NCBI GenBank assembly: GCA_964451695.1
Contig: CAYVJM010000001.1
Coordinates: forward strand, 1-28,060
From: an uncultured Lentisphaerales bacterium
GTDB taxonomy: Bacteria > Verrucomicrobiota > Kiritimatiellia > RFP12 > UBA3636
Reading direction: 5' to 3'
Length of the DNA: 28,060 nucleotides
Both the position numbers and the translations under genes were made by a program. This document shows positions 23,223 to 28,060 of this stretch, piece after piece. Under the pieces are notes generated by a model. That model did not search any database and was not told the origin of the DNA. It saw only the letters and a list, made by a program, of their open reading frames with translations. Every line of letters begins with the position of its first letter. Position 1 is the stretch's first letter.

Positions 23223-26222
23223 ATGAACAAACAGCAACAGCAACAACACCAGCGGCAATCCGGATCGGCCCTCGTGGTCGTCCTCGGCCTGCTGGCCGTG
23301 ATCATGCTCATGGCCGTGGCCTTCTCCATCTACATGCGCACGGAGCGCGCCGGCACGACGAACCTCCGCCACGCCCTCGTCGCCAAGCAGATGATGCAGT
23401 CCGCCATCGCCCGGACGATGCAGACCATCGACGAATCCTTTGAAGATCCGAAGAACACCTGGGCGGCGCCCAACTGGGACGAACCCTATCTGACCTCCCA
23501 CGAGCCGACCTCCGCCGACACGCGCCTCTACCAGTCCGCTCCCTGCGCCAACGACGCCGAGCGCACCAAGAACGCCCGCGTCCTGACGCGCGAAATCATG
23601 ATGCACCTGACTCCGGGGCAGCTCGCTCTCGCGGGCAATGCCAAGATCGACTGGGCCAGCATCAACTCCGGCGTATCCGCCGATTCGAGCAAGGACCCCA
23701 TCATGGGGCGCTACGCCTTCGTCGCCTTCGACGTCTCCGGCCTGCACGACATGAACAAGGCCGGCGCCGACGATCCCAAGAACGTCGCCAAGACGTACAA
23801 GGCCCGCGCCACCGACTTCGCCACGAACGCCGTCAACTACCAGGTCGGGGAGTCCCTCTTTTTCAACGCGACGTCCGGCACGTTCAAGCCCGACTATGAC
23901 AAGTTCGTCGAGGCGCGCGCCGAGCAGCCGTTCATGTCGATGGCGGACCTCTGGCGGAGGAGCGGGATTCCCAATGGCCCGGAGTCCTACAAGTTCGACA
24001 TCGACAAGGAGATCGTGCCCGACATCTTCACCACCTATTCGATGTCGCTCGAAGGCCTCGCCCCCGACGGCGCCATGAAGCTCCCCCTCGCGACCCTCGA
24101 GAACGATGCGCAGAAGACGGCCTACGCCAAGCTCGCGGCGCCGGTCTTCAAGAAGATGTTCGACGAGAACGGCGGCGAACGGGAGTTCCGGTTCAAAGTC
24201 GCGCCGAAGTTCACCCGATCGCAACTCGCCACCCAGGCCCTCGTCGACTACCTCGACGAGGACGACGTCCCCTGCGGCGGCATCGACAACGGGCGGAACG
24301 GCAGCGGCGGCCACCTGAATTTCCCCTGCACCGAGCCCGTCCCCCTCATTACCCAGGCCATGGCGAATTTCTCCATCGGCGCGCCGAAGAAATATGAGGA
24401 TCCCAGCGATCCGCTCAAGTCCTATCAGGAGTGGGAGGTCTCGTTCTTCGCCGTCTGCGAAGCGCAGTTTCTCAACGACAAGGTTCCCGCGAACCTCGCC
24501 TCGAAGAAGTATCAGTTGAAGATGGAGCTGGAGTTCATCGACCTGTACGATCTCCTGCCCGTCCTCTGGGGCCCTGAATGGCAGACGGGCACCGCCGGCT
24601 GGAAGGTCGATTTCATCGATGCGCCTTTCATGGCCAACGTCCAGACGATCTCCAGCCCATCCAAGAGTTTGACGGCGGGAAGCTACACCCAGCGCACGCT
24701 ATTCGCGAAGACACCCGACGCCGGGGTGAAGGTCCTGCGGGTCAGGGCCTACAACAAGGCCAGCGGTTCCCGCAAGTTCTCCCAATGCGAGGAGCAACTT
24801 GCCAAGGACTCCGTCCGAACCGAGATTCGCATCAAGGCCCAGGTCCTCAGCGGCTCCACGGTCGTCCAGCAGGTCCCGGCGCCGATTCTCGAAGCCAGGG
24901 CCGCCGAAAGCGGCTACCGCCTCAAGCTCGCTCCGGGGCTCTACCGGAACCCCGCGGAAGCGGGCAGGGCGGTCGAGAAGTTCGAGTTCGGCTGGGCGAT
25001 GTGCCTCGATCCGCGCTTCGCCTACAACACGGAGACGATGGGCAGGAACGGACTGACCGGCAGCGTCGGCCCCCGGTTCTGGGTGAACAACGACCACGCC
25101 CATGACGACCTCCTGGCCGGCGGGGACGCGGTGATGAAGCAGATCGCCGGCATGCTCACCGACGCCGAGCTGGCGGGCGCCCTTCAAATCAACGCGCTTG
25201 GAAACTGGTTGATCAAGGAGACCGTGTTCGCCGATTCCGCGCCGTCCTCCGCCAAGAACATCGCGGACATGTGGACGAACAAGTTGAAGATCTACCCGGA
25301 CGCATACCACCTCTCCAAGAAGGGGGGCAAGACGTTCCTCGAGACGGACATGAACGACCTGGCGACGATGCTGCAATCGCGCATCACGAACCTCCCGATG
25401 GTGTCGCCCGGCGAACTCGGCAACTTGCTGATCGGGCCCTGGGAGACGCTCTCGCTCTTCGCCTGCTTCCCCCCCGATTCCGGGGTCGAGCCCACCTTCC
25501 ACCGCGCGCTGGACTACTTCTGCATGGGCGAGGCGCGATATCCGACGATGGCCCAGATCGCCTCTGGGGCGACGACGGACCGACACCTCGCCGCCCTGCA
25601 GTCGGGCCGCATCAACTTGAATCCGCAGCGCCTCGTCGTCTCGAAGAGCGACATCTCCCCGCGCGGCGAGCAGATCCTCGATGGCGACAACTACCCCGAG
25701 TACAACAGCGATCCCCTCGTCTGCGTGCTGACCGGCGCTTGCATCAACGAAAAGCAGGCGACCCAGTTGGAGGCGGACGACGCCGAGAAGATCGCCGAGG
25801 CGTTCTACGCGGAGGCGAAGCAGCTCGAGAAGAAGGGCTCCAATCGCGGCGCGCTGATGATCTCGCGCGTCTCCGAACTCGGTCAGGGCAACGCGGCGGG
25901 CGACGCCAATCCCGTGCTCCAGGTGCTCATGGACGCGGCCACTCCTCTGAAAATCACCTGCGACGCCCACCGCGAAGCGCTCATCGCCAACTCGGTCAAC
26001 GCCCTCACCACCCGCGGGCAGAGCTTCCTCGTCATCATCCGCGCCGAGGCGTTCTCACCGCGCTACGGCTCCGACAGCCCCGACAACGGCACCACGCTCT
26101 CGACCACCTACGCCGTTGTCGAACTCTGGCGTGATCCCGAGCCCATGCGGGATCCCCAGGGCGCCATTATGAAGGGCTCCCCCACCCATCCCTGGGTGAT
26201 CCGCTCCATCCGCTGGTTCTAG
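23223..26222 (+). CDS. Giant GspK/PilX-like minor pseudopilin (resembles Verru_Chthon cassette A type; 999 aa)
   Basis: SG|SALVVVLGLLAVIMLMAVAF with no Glu+5, as in GspK/PilX; RYAFVAFDVSGLHDMN; PFMSMADL; ALVDYLDEDD; GRINLN; ISRVSEL; TTRGQSFLVIIRAE. Confidence 0.72.
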   Translation: MNKQQQQQHQRQSGSALVVVLGLLAVIMLMAVAFSIYMRTERAGTTNLRHALVAKQMMQSAIARTMQTIDESFEDPKNTWAAPNWDEPYLTSHEPTSADTRLYQSAPCANDAERTKNARVLTREIMMHLTPGQLALAGNAKIDWASINSGVSADSSKDPIMGRYAFVAFDVSGLHDMNKAGADDPKNVAKTYKARATDFATNAVNYQVGESLFFNATSGTFKPDYDKFVEARAEQPFMSMADLWRRSGIPNGPESYKFDIDKEIVPDIFTTYSMSLEGLAPDGAMKLPLATLENDAQKTAYAKLAAPVFKKMFDENGGEREFRFKVAPKFTRSQLATQALVDYLDEDDVPCGGIDNGRNGSGGHLNFPCTEPVPLITQAMANFSIGAPKKYEDPSDPLKSYQEWEVSFFAVCEAQFLNDKVPANLASKKYQLKMELEFIDLYDLLPVLWGPEWQTGTAGWKVDFIDAPFMANVQTISSPSKSLTAGSYTQRTLFAKTPDAGVKVLRVRAYNKASGSRKFSQCEEQLAKDSVRTEIRIKAQVLSGSTVVQQVPAPILEARAAESGYRLKLAPGLYRNPAEAGRAVEKFEFGWAMCLDPRFAYNTETMGRNGLTGSVGPRFWVNNDHAHDDLLAGGDAVMKQIAGMLTDAELAGALQINALGNWLIKETVFADSAPSSAKNIADMWTNKLKIYPDAYHLSKKGGKTFLETDMNDLATMLQSRITNLPMVSPGELGNLLIGPWETLSLFACFPPDSGVEPTFHRALDYFCMGEARYPTMAQIASGATTDRHLAALQSGRINLNPQRLVVSKSDISPRGEQILDGDNYPEYNSDPLVCVLTGACINEKQATQLEADDAEKIAEAFYAEAKQLEKKGSNRGALMISRVSELGQGNAAGDANPVLQVLMDAATPLKITCDAHREALIANSVNALTTRGQSFLVIIRAEAFSPRYGSDSPDNGTTLSTTYAVVELWRDPEPMRDPQGAIMKGSPTHPWVIRSIRWF

Positions 26223-26230
26223 CGGGGGGT

Positions 26231-26315
26231 GAGACTGGAGACCGGAAACTGGAAACTGGAAACTTGAAACTGGATCCGCCCCCTTGGCGGGACAGGTCTC
26301 CCAGTCCTGAGTCCT
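26231..26315. repeat. Heptamer array (GARACTG x6) followed by a partial inverted copy
   Basis: gagactg gagaccg gaaactg gaaactg gaaactt gaaactg (26231-26272). ggtctcccagtc (26295-26306) is complementary to gactggagacc (26233-26243) with one bulge, and is overlapped and followed by cagtcct gagtcct. Confidence 0.88.
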
Positions 26316-26391
26316 TTCCGTAGATGCGACGAAGCACGTCTGCCGCGAAGCGAGGTAGGGCGCAGCCGTCCCGGCAATCCGCTGTGCAAGA

Positions 26392-26502
26392 CCTGCGCCC
26401 AGGAGCCTGGGCGCAGGAGGCGGGTAAAAGCTTCGCAGGGGTTCACGAGGCGCTTTCCGGCAGGTTTTACCCTCTCCCCGCAGGCAGGCCCCTGCCTGCG
26501 GG
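26392..26502. repeat. Cluster of inverted repeats upstream of corA
   Basis: cctgcgcccagg-ag-cctgggcgcagg (26392-26417); gggtaaaa...ttttaccc (26422-26472); cccgcaggcagg-cc-cctgcctgcggg (26477-26502). Confidence 0.9.
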
Positions 26503-26603
26503 TCTTCGATTGACTCGCCACTCGCTCCCCCCGCCGCCGGGCGCTCGCCGGCCTGCGGGGCTCGCCACGCACGCCTCCGCGCCTCTGCGCCGCGCTTCCG
26601 CAG

Positions 26604-26632
26604 TTGCCGATCCGGTTCAGGCGGTGTACAAT
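26604..26632 (+). promoter_or_regulatory. Putative sigma70 promoter of corA
   Basis: TTGCCG (26604-26609)-N17-TACAAT (26627-26632), 46 nt upstream of the ATG at 26679. Confidence 0.6.
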
Positions 26633-26678
26633 CCTCGCAAAACCTAGGGCGCGCACGGTGCCCAGTCACGAGGCGGAT

Positions 26679-27800
26679 ATGAAGAAAAGCGGAAATGGCA
26701 AAGGGCTCCCGGCCATGGCGGCCTGGAAGCAGCGGAAACAGGCCAGGAACCGGAAGGCGGGGCAGCCGCCCGGATATCTGGCGCCGTCGGAACGCTCCGA
26801 GAACGACCGGGCGAAGGCTCTGATCATCGAGTTTTCGCCGGAGAGCTTCGTCCAGCGCGAGGTGGCGGACGCCGCGGCGTTGCGAAACATCGACTTTGGC
26901 GATGGCCGTGTCCGATGGATCAACGTGTTCGGCGTCCGGGACGTGGCGCTGCTCAAGGCCCTCGGCGATCTGCTCGGCCTTCATGCTCTCGCGCTCGAGG
27001 ACATCGCCACCACCGATCAGCGGCCGCGCACCGAGGACTACGGCGAGAACCTCCACATCGTCATGCGCGAACTCAAGGCGGACGAGGCGGGCAACATCGT
27101 CGCGGAGCAGATCAGCATCGTGCTCAACCGGCGTCTGCTGGTGACCTTTCAGGAAGCCGGGGCCGCGACAGGCGCCGATTCTCTCGATCCGTTGCGCGAG
27201 AAGCTTCGTACCGGCTCGGGCGCGCTGCGCACCGGACGGGAGGACTACCTCGCCTATCGGATCGTCGACGCGATCATCGACAACTACTTCGTCCTCGTCG
27301 AGCGCGTCGGCGATGGCATCGACCGGATCCAGGAGCAGGCTCTCGAAGAAACGGGCGCGAGCTTTCTCGCCAGGGCCCACCAGATGCGACGCAACATGAT
27401 CTTCCTGAAGCGCAGCCTCTGGCCGATCCGGGGCGTGGTCTTCGGCATGCGGCATACGGAGGACGGCCTGTTCTCGCCTCCGACGCTGATCTTTCTGCGC
27501 GACGCGGCCGAGCACGCCGAGCAGGTCGTTGACAGCGTGGAGATGCTCAACGAGAGTCTCACGAGCGCCCTGGACATCCACCTGACCGGCAACGGCAACC
27601 GGCTCAACGAGACGATGCGCGTGCTGACCGTGATGTCGGCGGTCTTCATCCCGCTGACCTTCATCGTGGGCGTCTACGGGATGAACTTCGTCCACATGCC
27701 CGAGCTGGGCTGGCGCTATGGCTATTTCGCGGTCTGGCTGCTCATGCTGGCGACGACCGCGGCGCTGGTGGCGTTCTTCCGTCGCCGACGGTGGCTCTGA
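26679..27800 (+). CDS. corA: Magnesium/cobalt transporter CorA (about 373 aa)
   Basis: KAGQPPG, WINVFG, LHALALEDIATTDQRPRTEDY, EQISIVL, YLAYRIVDAIIDNYF, LNETMRVLTV, FIVGVYGMNF (GMN), MPELGWRYGY. Start at 26679 (or 26715). Confidence 0.95.
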   Translation: MKKSGNGKGLPAMAAWKQRKQARNRKAGQPPGYLAPSERSENDRAKALIIEFSPESFVQREVADAAALRNIDFGDGRVRWINVFGVRDVALLKALGDLLGLHALALEDIATTDQRPRTEDYGENLHIVMRELKADEAGNIVAEQISIVLNRRLLVTFQEAGAATGADSLDPLREKLRTGSGALRTGREDYLAYRIVDAIIDNYFVLVERVGDGIDRIQEQALEETGASFLARAHQMRRNMIFLKRSLWPIRGVVFGMRHTEDGLFSPPTLIFLRDAAEHAEQVVDSVEMLNESLTSALDIHLTGNGNRLNETMRVLTVMSAVFIPLTFIVGVYGMNFVHMPELGWRYGYFAVWLLMLATTAALVAFFRRRRWL

Positions 27801-27813
27801 ACCTGGGATCGGT

Positions 27814-28059
27814 TCATCCTCCCAGAAAGTCAACGCGGTCCAAGCTCGGCACAACCCAATCGGCCAGCGTCGTGTCCTGCGCGAATGCCTCGGGACGCGC
27901 CAGGGCGATCACCTTGGTGCCCGCTCCCTTTGCGGCCTGGATGCCGACGGCGGAGTCCTCGACGACGACGGTCGCGCCCGGCCGCGCGCCGAGGCGCTCC
28001 AGCGCGAGCTGGTAGCAAAGCGGATCGGGCTTGCCCCGGGGCAGGCCGCTTGTGCTCTG
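27814..28059 (-). CDS. HAD-superfamily hydrolase (subfamily IA, beta-phosphoglucomutase-like), 3' part only
   Basis: Manual translation of the minus strand gives ...RGKPDPLCYQLALERLGARPGATVVVEDSAVGIQAAKGAGTKVIAL...DRVDFLGG*, containing HAD motifs III/IV (KPDP, EDS). The start lies beyond the window. Confidence 0.88.
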   Translation of the reverse strand, partial: QSTSGLPRGKPDPLCYQLALERLGARPGATVVVEDSAVGIQAAKGAGTKVIALARPEAFAQDTTLADWVVPSLDRVDFLGG

Positions 28060-28060
28060 G

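Noticed and set aside
23126-26315. CRISPR array interpretation of the decamer and heptamer repeats
   Set aside because: The units are 7-10 bp, contiguous and have no unique spacers; no cas genes are present.
26320-26678. Mg2+-sensing M-box riboswitch, SAM-I riboswitch, SRP RNA or other known ncRNA upstream of corA
   Set aside because: I could not find the M-box (AGGUGAGGCUCC...GCUAAAGC), SAM-I (AUCxAGAG) or SRP (CAGG-GNRA-AGCAG) cores. The predicted promoter leaves only a short leader. An Rfam scan would settle it.

Overview
Very GC-rich bacterial DNA, probably from the PVC superphylum (Kiritimatiellota/Lentisphaerota/Verrucomicrobia-like). That assignment is inferred from gene content only. 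The window has four blocks. (1) 1-11293 (+): a tightly coupled five-gene envelope cluster of the MoxR-associated type: DUF58, a BatA/vWA protein with a PA14 insert, a vWA/GATase-like membrane protein, a DUF4175-like coiled-coil protein and a probably exported prenyltransferase/squalene-oxidase-repeat protein. (2) 11357-16475 (-): a housekeeping operon of GT2, pcnB, purD, purE, tsaC and rfaE2. (3) 16744-26222 (+): a type II secretion/type IV filament cassette in the order F-G-G-G-H-I-J-G-K. It has its own promoter, no ATPase, secretin or prepilin peptidase gene, and most subunits carry extra modules: a Cys4 knuckle, DxDxDG loops, a GspG-type C-terminal motif on the J-like subunit, and a 999-aa GspK-like protein. 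(4) corA and the 3' end of a convergent HAD hydrolase that the ORF track missed. The intergenic spaces hold two heptamer arrays, a decamer-based hairpin and several perfect hairpins. All calls come from reading motifs by eye; no database search was run.
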